A DNA stretch of 58,680 nt from Candidatus Cloacimonadota bacterium. GTDB taxonomy: Bacteria > Cloacimonadota > Cloacimonadia > Cloacimonadales > JAMOQM01. This document shows positions 10,354 to 19,053 of this stretch, piece by piece. The translations under genes and the position numbers were made by a program. The stretch spans positions 1-58,680 of the forward strand of contig JAMOQM010000030.1 of NCBI GenBank assembly GCA_027064005.1, in the 5' to 3' direction. Positions within the stretch are counted from its first letter, which is position 1. Every line of letters starts with the position of its first letter. The notes below the pieces were generated by a model that saw only the letters and a list, made by a program, of their open reading frames with translations, did no database searches and was not told the DNA's origin.

Positions 10354-10369
10354 TGGCATTATATTTGCA
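10354..10369 (+). promoter_or_regulatory. Sigma-54 (-24/-12) promoter candidate
   Basis: TGGCAttatatTTGCA. GG (10355-56) and GC (10367-68) are 12 nt apart, as in the consensus TGGCACG-N4-TTGCW. It lies 35 nt upstream of the ATG at 10405, with the SD aggag in between. Confidence 0.6.
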
Positions 10370-10404
10370 TCAAAATTCATAAAACAAATAGGAGTTAAAT
10401 CTAA

Positions 10405-13338
10405 ATGAAAAAAATCTTTTTACTGATTTTCATGATTTCGTTGAGCAAATTTTTGTTTGCTTTCGGAGCATTTAATCTGATGAACGGGAGAAACCATCCC
10501 GAATTAAAATGGCAAGAAATCCAATCTAAACATATCGAAATAGTTTATAGTGATTCTTTGGAAGAAATTGCTAATCAAGCTATCAATATTGCCGAAGCAA
10601 CTTATACAAGTTTATCTAAATCATATGATATTGAACCAAACAAAAAAGTTGTTATTTATATTTCAGATCAAGATGAAATTGTAAACGGTGCCACTGTTAT
10701 GAACGATTATATCTTCGTTTATGTAAATCAAAATGACTTTATGAAATTATTTTCAGGAAGAGACAAATTCCTCCGTAAAGTTATTTCTCACGAAATGTCA
10801 CATTATTTCTTGTTCACGGCAACCGCCTCTTGGATTACAAAATTTATTCCGGTGATTCCCGAAAATCAAATTCCCTTATTTATTAATGAAGGGTTTGCTC
10901 AATTTTTTAGTGGTGAAGAATGGGAAATAAATCGTGGAGATCGTTATTTAAGAAATGCTATCTTCTCGAAAAATCTGAATGTTGACGCCGGTAATTTGGA
11001 TTCAGGAAGATTGCTTTACGCCAAAGGTTTCTCAATGGTTCGATATCTTTATACTTTTTACGGAGAAGCTAAAATTCAAAAATGGTTAAAATATAGAAAT
11101 CAGGCAAAAATATTTGGATTCAAAAAAGGATTCAAAAAAGTATTTGATAAATCTTTTGATAGCTTTTTAAAAGAATGGGAAAATTACGTTTCAACCTATT
11201 ATTTCGGAGAAGCTTACGATTTAAAAAATAAATACCGGGATAACAATTCCAAAGATTTGACGCTCAATGCAATCAAAACAATAGCTAAACCTCTGGCAAA
11301 AATTTATAAGATTAAAGCTTTTAATGACAATCAATATCTTGTTGTAGGAAAAGAAGATAAAAACCAACAATTTGCAGAATTTATTTACGCTGAAGCTAAA
11401 GAAGATTCTTTGAAAAAAAACAAACTCATTTTCAAAAATAAGAAAGTAATTGTAAATACGAATGTTAATAATTTTTCAATTAGTCAAAACGGAAAATATG
11501 TAATTTACAATAGATATCTCAGACATAAACACGGTTCTATAAAACCAACAATCATTCTTTTTGACCGTAAAAAAAATAAAAATTTCGAGATAGCAACCGG
11601 TAATTATCCTCAAATTTTGAACGACAAAACTATTTTTTATCAAAGTCATAATTTAAAAAATAACTTCATCAAAAAATATAAAGCCGGTAAAATATCCAAC
11701 TTCCTTTCCTTATCAATTAAAAACAACATCGGTCAAATCTCCGTCAATGAATCGCAAAACAAATTGGCTGTTGCTATTTTTGACGATAAAAATCAATTCA
11801 AATTAGACATATTTGAATTAGATTCCGCAAAATTAATCTCAGAAAAAATCTTAGATTATTTTCCGCTTAAAATTGATTGGTTAAATGACGGCAGTCTTTT
11901 GGTTGTAAAAGATTCTAAAAATCAAGATGAATCAATTATCAGGATTAATCCCCAAAACGGTGAAATTACCAAATACCAAACTCCCCCGTTTTTTGTTGAT
12001 CCGGTAAAATATTCTTTGAAAAATGATTCCCTAAAAGCAATTGTTATTGGAGAATTAGGACGTAAAAAATTCCAATTTGGTGAAATAAATATTCCTAAAT
12101 TTAGAGGGAAATCTATCAAAAAATCAAACTATTTTACAAAATGGATTGAGGCAACTCCTTCTTCAAAAATTGAATGGAAAAATCTAAACATAAAACACAC
12201 AAATCCGCAAAATTATTCCTCGATAAAAAATATAAAATATCGTTCTTCCCTACTCTTTCCATTTACAAAAAGCTTGTTTTCAGAAGCAATTTTTTCAGAA
12301 GGTTTAGGAAAACACATGATTATCGGAGCGGTAAATTTGCCATATAACTTCAAATCGAATGATTTTTACTACAATTTTACGTATATCAATAAATGCCTCT
12401 CTCCCACTCTAACATTTTCCTCAAATAAATTTATGATGTATTCGGCAGTGATGAATGATAAAGTTTATTATCACAGATTTACCGATTATAGCCTGAATGT
12501 TGGCTTTCCGGACCTAATTAATTCAACACCTTTCTGGGATTTACTAAACTCGGTAAATTTCTCTTATGGAAAATATGAAGCCAAAGATAAAAATTTTAAA
12601 TACTTTGAAAATGGTAAAGTCGCTCAAGCCGGTTTTTCCACAGATTTGAAATACAATTTACCTTATTTGAATTCTGAAATTCATCCGATAAGAAAAATTT
12701 ATTTAGGATATAAATTTACCGCCGGTTCAGATAAAATTCTCGGCGATAAAACATTTACGAAACAACAATTGAATTCCGATTTGTCAATCGCTCCCTTATT
12801 TTCTTTCGTTAAAATGCCTTTATTGAGATTCTTAAATTTAAGGAATATCTCTTCTTATGAAAAATTAAACGGCGATTCTTTTATACAAAACAAACCCGGA
12901 ATTACTTCTGAAGAGAAAATAAATTTCAATGGCTCCGGCATCTCAGGAAGAACTTTTTTGAGAGGTTATGAAAAAGACGATTTCAATTCAGGAGTATTAT
13001 TTGGTGATGAAATTTTATCAACTAAAAATGAAGCTTGGATAAAATTATTTGATAACATTCACTTTAAGATCGGATTCGAAAAACCAATTATTTTAATAAA
13101 ATACGTCGGATTTGGCGGGTGGTATGATTATTTAAAAATTAAAAATCCGGCATCATTGAATTTAACTTTTGGAAATAGTACAGAAATAAAAGCTATGGGA
13201 AATGAATTAAAAGCCGAATTACAAATATTAGGAATCCCATTTATCGGAAGATATGGACAAGCTTATCGAACTGATAAATCTAAAATTGATGACTACTTTG
13301 AATTATCAATCCCGTTTGATTTGTCGAAGTATATGTAA
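10405..13338 (+). CDS. Large outer-membrane protein, paralog of 6156..9149 (HExxH N-domain + propeller-like middle + C-terminal barrel-like region)
   Basis: 977 aa with a signal peptide (LLIFMISLSKFLFAFG). HEMSH at nt 10789-10803. The N-terminal layout matches the paralog (W..l..kH.ei.Y ... HEMxH). The C-terminus does not end in an aromatic residue. Confidence 0.45.
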   Translation: MKKIFLLIFMISLSKFLFAFGAFNLMNGRNHPELKWQEIQSKHIEIVYSDSLEEIANQAINIAEATYTSLSKSYDIEPNKKVVIYISDQDEIVNGATVMNDYIFVYVNQNDFMKLFSGRDKFLRKVISHEMSHYFLFTATASWITKFIPVIPENQIPLFINEGFAQFFSGEEWEINRGDRYLRNAIFSKNLNVDAGNLDSGRLLYAKGFSMVRYLYTFYGEAKIQKWLKYRNQAKIFGFKKGFKKVFDKSFDSFLKEWENYVSTYYFGEAYDLKNKYRDNNSKDLTLNAIKTIAKPLAKIYKIKAFNDNQYLVVGKEDKNQQFAEFIYAEAKEDSLKKNKLIFKNKKVIVNTNVNNFSISQNGKYVIYNRYLRHKHGSIKPTIILFDRKKNKNFEIATGNYPQILNDKTIFYQSHNLKNNFIKKYKAGKISNFLSLSIKNNIGQISVNESQNKLAVAIFDDKNQFKLDIFELDSAKLISEKILDYFPLKIDWLNDGSLLVVKDSKNQDESIIRINPQNGEITKYQTPPFFVDPVKYSLKNDSLKAIVIGELGRKKFQFGEINIPKFRGKSIKKSNYFTKWIEATPSSKIEWKNLNIKHTNPQNYSSIKNIKYRSSLLFPFTKSLFSEAIFSEGLGKHMIIGAVNLPYNFKSNDFYYNFTYINKCLSPTLTFSSNKFMMYSAVMNDKVYYHRFTDYSLNVGFPDLINSTPFWDLLNSVNFSYGKYEAKDKNFKYFENGKVAQAGFSTDLKYNLPYLNSEIHPIRKIYLGYKFTAGSDKILGDKTFTKQQLNSDLSIAPLFSFVKMPLLRFLNLRNISSYEKLNGDSFIQNKPGITSEEKINFNGSGISGRTFLRGYEKDDFNSGVLFGDEILSTKNEAWIKLFDNIHFKIGFEKPIILIKYVGFGGWYDYLKIKNPASLNLTFGNSTEIKAMGNELKAELQILGIPFIGRYGQAYRTDKSKIDDYFELSIPFDLSKYM

Positions 13339-13347
13339 AGGGAAAAG

Positions 13348-13375
13348 GGTTTAAGGTTTATGGTTTATGGTTTTA
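13348..13375. repeat. 4 x 7-nt microsatellite-like tandem repeat (ggtttaa ggtttat ggtttat ggtttta)
   Basis: Read directly from the sequence, 10 nt after the stop of 10405..13338. Confidence 0.7.
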
Positions 13376-13421
13376 AATTGGAGGGGTAAATCACGATTAA
13401 ATCAAAACTCCGATGTGTTTT

Positions 13422-13445
13422 GTCATTCCCGCGAAAGCGGGAATC
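13422..13445. repeat. REP-like palindromic module gtcattcccgcgaaagcgggaatc
   Basis: 8-bp stem attcccgc/gcgggaat with a gaaa loop. The same module (gtcattcccgtgaaaacgggaatc) occurs in every unit of the 58011..58680 array. It is flanked by imperfect direct repeats acgattaaat(c/t)aaaa..tccgat at 13393-13414 and 13460-13482. Confidence 0.75.
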
Positions 13446-13522
13446 TCCTTCGCTAAAAGACGATTAAATTAAAAAATCCGATTCATCATTCCAACACTTT
13501 ATTTTTTAATATCAGATAATTT

Positions 13523-14521
13523 TCATTCATAATTTTTCATCGCAAATAAAACATCTTCTAAATTTTCTACAGAATATATAAATGGCTCACCAATTCCTTT
13601 TAAAAGGACAAGGTTAATTTTGTTCGTATTTTTTTTATCTGAAGAAATCAAATCAGCGAGAATATCAATTGTCAATCCGGATAAATCAATTTCATGATCA
13701 GACAATTTATTTAGCAATAATTTCACTTCATCATCATAATTAATTTTCAAATAACGGTGTGCAAAAAAAATGGCGATTCTTATTCCAACAGCAACAGCTT
13801 TTCCATGAGGAATATTAAAGTTAAAATATGATTCAATTATATGAGCAAAAGAGTGTCCAAAATTCAAGAATCTTCTCTCTCCTCTATCAAAAATATCTCT
13901 TTCACAAATATCCATTTTAATTTGGATAGTTTTCTTGATAACATCTTCCAAAGATTTTTTTTGAAGAATTAAATCTCTTAATTTGTTTTTAGAAATTAAA
14001 GCCGTTTTGATTATTTCAGACCAGCCGTTTTGAATCTCATTTTTGGGAAGGGTCTGTAAAAATCCAAAATCAATAAATATTTTTGAAGCCGGATAAAAAC
14101 TGCCGATAGCATTTTTCCTTTCATTAAAATGAACAGCTGTTTTGCCCCCCAAAGAAGCATCAACCATCGCCAACAAAGTTGTAGGGACAAGAATCAAATT
14201 ACATCCTCTCATAAACAAAGAAGCGGCCAAAGCTACATAATCGGTGGTAACTCCCCCACCTATCGCAACGATATTAAAAGAGCGATTTAATTTATTCTTT
14301 TGAAAAAAATTGAAAAGAAAATTTAACGATTCAAAGTTTTTATTTTTTTCAATCGCCTCAAATCCAATCAAAGGATATTTTTTTAATTTCGCTCTTAAAT
14401 CGGGATATAATTCCAAAATCTTTTCATCAACAATAAAAGCATAATTTTCATCATTAAAAAATTCAGGTAAAGCTCCGAAAATAATTTTGGTCGATTTATT
14501 TGTTTTAAAATGAAATTCCAT
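13523..14521 (-). CDS. aroB: 3-dehydroquinate synthase
   Basis: 332 aa. GGGVTTDYVALAASLFMRGCNLILVPTTLLAMVDASLGGKTAV and HGKAVAVG are typical AroB motifs. Confidence 0.85.
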   Translation of the reverse strand: MEFHFKTNKSTKIIFGALPEFFNDENYAFIVDEKILELYPDLRAKLKKYPLIGFEAIEKNKNFESLNFLFNFFQKNKLNRSFNIVAIGGGVTTDYVALAASLFMRGCNLILVPTTLLAMVDASLGGKTAVHFNERKNAIGSFYPASKIFIDFGFLQTLPKNEIQNGWSEIIKTALISKNKLRDLILQKKSLEDVIKKTIQIKMDICERDIFDRGERRFLNFGHSFAHIIESYFNFNIPHGKAVAVGIRIAIFFAHRYLKINYDDEVKLLLNKLSDHEIDLSGLTIDILADLISSDKKNTNKINLVLLKGIGEPFIYSVENLEDVLFAMKNYE

Positions 14522-14522
14522 T

Positions 14523-16895
14523 TTACTTTCTTATTAAAGCAATTTTTCCTTTATAAATCTTTTTCCCGGCGGAAACAACATAAAAATACATTCCATTTCC
14601 ACAATTTCTATTATTAGAATTTTTCCCATTCCAAGCAAAATCGCCAAGAATAGTTTCATTTAATTTTATAACTAAATCACCGTTCAAATCATAAATACGA
14701 CAAATATTTTTGCCTTTTGGAAAAATAGAATTTTCATTTTCAATTCGGAGAGTTTGAGTAATATTTGGATTAAACGGATTAGGATAAGCAATTACAGAAT
14801 CAATTTTCAAAGAATTTGGTTTTGAGTCAATTCCAATATTCACTGAATTTAAACCGCGATCACTGCCAATATACATATTCCCGGAGTGAGAATCATAAGC
14901 AAAAGAGGTGATATTATTTGATAATAAAGGCGAATTTTCAGAAGTTAAAATTGTGTAAGACTCATCATAAATATCATAAACGGAAATCCCGAAATCACGT
15001 GTACCTATCCAAACTCGATTAAAAGGATCTACATATAAAGCGGTTGGGAAACCATCATTTGAACCGTATAAACGAGGTTCATCGACATAATATAATATTT
15101 CATTTTGCCAGGAATGCCCGCTATATTTTTTCCTCTTATAATCTACATCATATTTATACCAAATATTTTTTGTGTACATAAAGAGACCATTTGGAGACGC
15201 AACCCAAAGCATATCATTACCGTCATAATCTTTTCCAAGAGCTAAATCATAAATTTGTTTTTTCTGTAAATCCAGAATAATCGGTTGAGTCCAGGGATAT
15301 TTTCCCGCATTATGAAATTTTGCCAACGTTCCGATTCTCAAACCTGATTCATAAGTTCCAATATAAGCTTTGGTTGAAGATATCGCTGCACATAAAGGAT
15401 CCGGTCCCTGATCATGAGATGTAGGAAAAGTAAAAGTATCGATAACTTCATTATTCTCGACAATATTAATTCCTCCCGGATAGGAGCCAATCCACATTCT
15501 ACCTTGAGTGTCATTTTCCAAAAAAGATATTGTTTTATTAATTAAATTATTCTGATCGACAAATGGCTCTATCTCACCTTGATCGAAAATGGTAATCCCT
15601 CTTTGCCAATCATATTCAGAATCAATTGGTTCATCCCAAGCTCCAAACCAAACTCTTCCATCGTTGCCGGTTGCAATTCTAAAAATATTGTCACTATTTA
15701 GATTAGAGTTGGCTGTATTGTAAGAAACCCAATTTTCTCCGTCAAACTTACTAACTCCCATTGTTCCGCGAGGGGCATTTCCTGATCCGAGATGTCCGTC
15801 ACAAATCCAAAGATTATGCTCTTTATCGATTGTCATTTTAGTAACTGTGTTGGTTCCGATGGTATTTTTTTCATAATGTTTCCAAAGATCGTTTTTATAA
15901 ATGTCCGTTCCTTTTCCCCAAGTAGAAATAATTAATTCTCCATCAATGTAATCCATTGATTTAATTCTATCAGAGAGAACGCTATTTTTGCTTTTGTTAA
16001 AATAATCAATTTTACCGGTTGAAGATATTTTCCCGAGCGGATAATTGCTTAAAGAATTCTTAATAATCAACTCTTCTTTTTCCCAAAATCCATAACTAAA
16101 ATAAATATTTCCATCATCATCTACAGCAATTACATTTACAAAATTGCTTTTTAGTCCGTTTGCAGTAGTGTAAGGAATTAAATCTTTAAAATTCAAATCA
16201 TAATTCATTATTCCAAAATTAGTTGCTAAATAAATTCTTTTTCTTTTTACAACCAAATCCTGAATTGCATTTCCGTGAGTTTGAGAATTTGAGAAATGAT
16301 GCCAAGCTGAAACCAAATATAGAGAATCTGTAGAAACATAATCTACACCTTGAGCAGTTATAGCATACATAATATTATTATGAATTACAATTTTGCTGAT
16401 ATCTCTGTCCGTCAAACCATCTTCATCGTTATAATTATCGATTAAAATTGGAATTGGAAAATGCGAACTGATTTGAAAAACCGACAATCCTTGACTGGTG
16501 GCAATATAAATCAAAGAGTCTTTATGGGTAATATAATTTACGCGATTAGATAACAATCCCAGCGTTTCTGTAATAGGAATTTTAAAAGCGTTACCATCAT
16601 AAACATTAACTCCACCGTTTTCTGTTCCCATTAAAACATATTTACTCAATTCTTGATAATCCAGAGAGTTTATTTCGTTATCATTCAAACCTTCTAATTT
16701 TGTGAATTTCTTTTTAACTTCCCCTGTTGATTTATCAAAGACAACAACTCCTCCCCAAGAAGCACAATAAAGCTCGGAACCAATTGTCTGACTTTTATAA
16801 ATGTGAGTTTGGTTAGTATAAATTTTCCAATTCTTAAATGCAAATAATAAAAATATTTGCAGGCTAATCATAATCGTAATCAAGACTTTTTTCAT
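14523..16895 (-). CDS. Secreted beta-propeller (two-component-regulator-propeller-like repeats) protein with T9SS C-terminal domain
   Basis: 790 aa with a signal peptide. Repeated ~45-aa units contain W/Y...G(L/I) motifs (WIGTRDFGISVYD, MYIGSDRGLNSV, LWVASPNGLFMY). C-terminal AYPNPFNP...GMYFYVVSAGKK...IRK. Confidence 0.55.
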   Translation of the reverse strand: MKKVLITIMISLQIFLLFAFKNWKIYTNQTHIYKSQTIGSELYCASWGGVVVFDKSTGEVKKKFTKLEGLNDNEINSLDYQELSKYVLMGTENGGVNVYDGNAFKIPITETLGLLSNRVNYITHKDSLIYIATSQGLSVFQISSHFPIPILIDNYNDEDGLTDRDISKIVIHNNIMYAITAQGVDYVSTDSLYLVSAWHHFSNSQTHGNAIQDLVVKRKRIYLATNFGIMNYDLNFKDLIPYTTANGLKSNFVNVIAVDDDGNIYFSYGFWEKEELIIKNSLSNYPLGKISSTGKIDYFNKSKNSVLSDRIKSMDYIDGELIISTWGKGTDIYKNDLWKHYEKNTIGTNTVTKMTIDKEHNLWICDGHLGSGNAPRGTMGVSKFDGENWVSYNTANSNLNSDNIFRIATGNDGRVWFGAWDEPIDSEYDWQRGITIFDQGEIEPFVDQNNLINKTISFLENDTQGRMWIGSYPGGINIVENNEVIDTFTFPTSHDQGPDPLCAAISSTKAYIGTYESGLRIGTLAKFHNAGKYPWTQPIILDLQKKQIYDLALGKDYDGNDMLWVASPNGLFMYTKNIWYKYDVDYKRKKYSGHSWQNEILYYVDEPRLYGSNDGFPTALYVDPFNRVWIGTRDFGISVYDIYDESYTILTSENSPLLSNNITSFAYDSHSGNMYIGSDRGLNSVNIGIDSKPNSLKIDSVIAYPNPFNPNITQTLRIENENSIFPKGKNICRIYDLNGDLVIKLNETILGDFAWNGKNSNNRNCGNGMYFYVVSAGKKIYKGKIALIRK

Positions 16896-17947
16896 TTAAA
16901 AAACTCCTTTTTAAATAAGATAAAAATTATCGAACTAATAGTAATCATTAACATAATAACTGTGATTAAAAGTACATTTTTGTTAGCATACGAAAAACCT
17001 ATGGCAATTAAGCCGAATAAAAAAGTTATGAAATAACTCATTAAAGCAATTGTTTTTTGGGACAATCCCATGTCCAATAATTTATGATGAATATGTTCTT
17101 TGTCAGCTTTAAAAATATTTTTACGCTTCTTCATTCTTCTAAAAATCGCCATCGTTGTATCAGCTAAAGGTAAAAATAAAACTGAAATCGGTACTAACAA
17201 GGTTATCGCCGTAATTCCTTTACTTTGACCTGTTCCGGATATTGATAAGATTGCAATCACATAACCCAACAACAACGACCCCGCATCTCCGAGAAATATT
17301 TTGGCAGGAAAAAAATTGTATCGCAAAAAGCCAATTGTACTTCCTAAAAATATTGCCGAAATCAAAGAAATTTCAGAGCTGTTAAATCTAATCCCGACAA
17401 TCATAATCACCAAAAAAGTTATAGCGGAAATTCCCGAAGCCAATCCGTCCAGTCCATCAATTAAATTTATAGCATTCATAACTAATAAAAACCAGCTAAT
17501 TGTCAAAGGTAATGAAAAATATCCAAGCATAATATCCTGTCCAAAAGGATTAGTCAATACCCGAATTTGGAAACCAAAGTAAAACATAATTAGCGAAATT
17601 AAGATTTGAATGCCAAGTTTTTTACGAGCTGAAAAATGATATTTATCGTCCAGAAATCCCAAAGCAGTTATCCCAAAACCTCCCAGAAAAATTTTATATG
17701 AATCCGAAATAGCAAATAGTTTTGAGTGAAAGAAAATAGCAAAAATTCCCATTGCAAAGGTTGAAGCAAATAAAATACTTAATCCGCCGGACAAGGGCAT
17801 CGCAAAATCATGAATATTTCTTTCATTCGGATGATCCAATACGTGGAATTTTTTGGAAAATCTAATGTTTAGCGGTACAAAGAAAAATTCCAATAAATAA
17901 CTCAACAAAAAGAAAAAAATTAATTCAAAATATAAGATATTACACAT
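16892..17947 (-). CDS. Polyprenyl-phosphate N-acetylhexosamine-1-phosphate transferase (MraY/WecA family, GT4 of the PNPT superfamily)
   Basis: 351 aa, about 10 TM segments, signature NAINLIDGLDGLASG, and DDKYHFSARKK in a cytoplasmic loop. Confidence 0.8.
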   Translation of the reverse strand: MCNILYFELIFFFLLSYLLEFFFVPLNIRFSKKFHVLDHPNERNIHDFAMPLSGGLSILFASTFAMGIFAIFFHSKLFAISDSYKIFLGGFGITALGFLDDKYHFSARKKLGIQILISLIMFYFGFQIRVLTNPFGQDIMLGYFSLPLTISWFLLVMNAINLIDGLDGLASGISAITFLVIMIVGIRFNSSEISLISAIFLGSTIGFLRYNFFPAKIFLGDAGSLLLGYVIAILSISGTGQSKGITAITLLVPISVLFLPLADTTMAIFRRMKKRKNIFKADKEHIHHKLLDMGLSQKTIALMSYFITFLFGLIAIGFSYANKNVLLITVIMLMITISSIIFILFKKEFFK

Positions 17948-17949
17948 AA

Positions 17950-19053
17950 TTATTGTAATTCATAAATTTCGTGATAAGAGTCAATAAAATTTTTAAATGA
18001 AAAATTAGCGGCAACATATTTTCGAGAATTATTTCCCATTTTTTCAAGAAGCAAAAACCTATCTTTAAAATTCAAAATCACTTCCACCAAAGTTTCAATA
18101 TCATCAGGATCAATCAAAACTCCACAATCTTTAACAACCAATTCCTTATTTCCTTTAATATCGGAAGCAATTATTGGAAGTCCGTAAGCCATTGCATCTA
18201 AGATAGATAAAGGTAATCCTTCCCATTTTGAAAATAACAAAAAAATATCGAATTTATCTAACCAATCCAAAATATTATTTTTCCAACCTACTAATTTGAT
18301 TCTATCTTGAAGATTTGCTCCTCGAACCATTTTATCCGCTAATTTATACAATTCTCCATCACCGACAAATATAAAATCAAAAGCTTCATCTTTTTGACAA
18401 ACGTTTATTGCGGCTAAAATCGTGTTAATAATATTTTTTTGCGGTGAAAAACGTCCTACATATCCAATGGTAATTCTATCTTTTTTGACAAATATCTTCT
18501 GTTTTTCGGGAATTTTAACACCGTTATAAATTGTTTGTGCTTTATTTTTTTTCAGCATATTATTTTCAAGGTAAAATTCGCGATCATAGTTATTTACAAA
18601 AATAGTTTTATCGCCGAAATAACCGCCAATCTTTTCCAAAATTTTATATGATTCCTGAACTAATAAAGGCTGATAAATATGGAACGGAGTTCCGTGCGAA
18701 GTAAAATAAATCCTTTTAATCCCCGCTAATTTGGCAGCAATTCTACCAAGAAATCCCAATTTAGAAGAGTGAAGATGAACGATATCAAATTTATATTTTT
18801 TACAATAAGAATAAATTTCGTAAAATGCGAGAAAATCTTTGAATCCAATTTCACGTCGGATATTATTTAAAGGAAGATAGTTATAACCTTTTTCCTTAAT
18901 TTTGTTGACTAATGGACCACCCGGTTGGCAAGCAACGTAAATTTCATACTTTTCCTTATCAAGAGAATCCAATATTGAAAGCATCATATTTTGCACACCG
19001 CTTAAAAGAGGTAACACCTGCATATGTAATATTTTAATCTTCATTTTTACCAA
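17950..19053 (-). CDS. GT-B fold glycosyltransferase (GT4-like)
   Basis: 367 aa. C-terminal EGLPLSILDAMAYGLPIIASDIKGNKELV is the typical GT4 E-x7-E region. Confidence 0.75.
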   Translation of the reverse strand: MVKMKIKILHMQVLPLLSGVQNMMLSILDSLDKEKYEIYVACQPGGPLVNKIKEKGYNYLPLNNIRREIGFKDFLAFYEIYSYCKKYKFDIVHLHSSKLGFLGRIAAKLAGIKRIYFTSHGTPFHIYQPLLVQESYKILEKIGGYFGDKTIFVNNYDREFYLENNMLKKNKAQTIYNGVKIPEKQKIFVKKDRITIGYVGRFSPQKNIINTILAAINVCQKDEAFDFIFVGDGELYKLADKMVRGANLQDRIKLVGWKNNILDWLDKFDIFLLFSKWEGLPLSILDAMAYGLPIIASDIKGNKELVVKDCGVLIDPDDIETLVEVILNFKDRFLLLEKMGNNSRKYVAANFSFKNFIDSYHEIYELQ

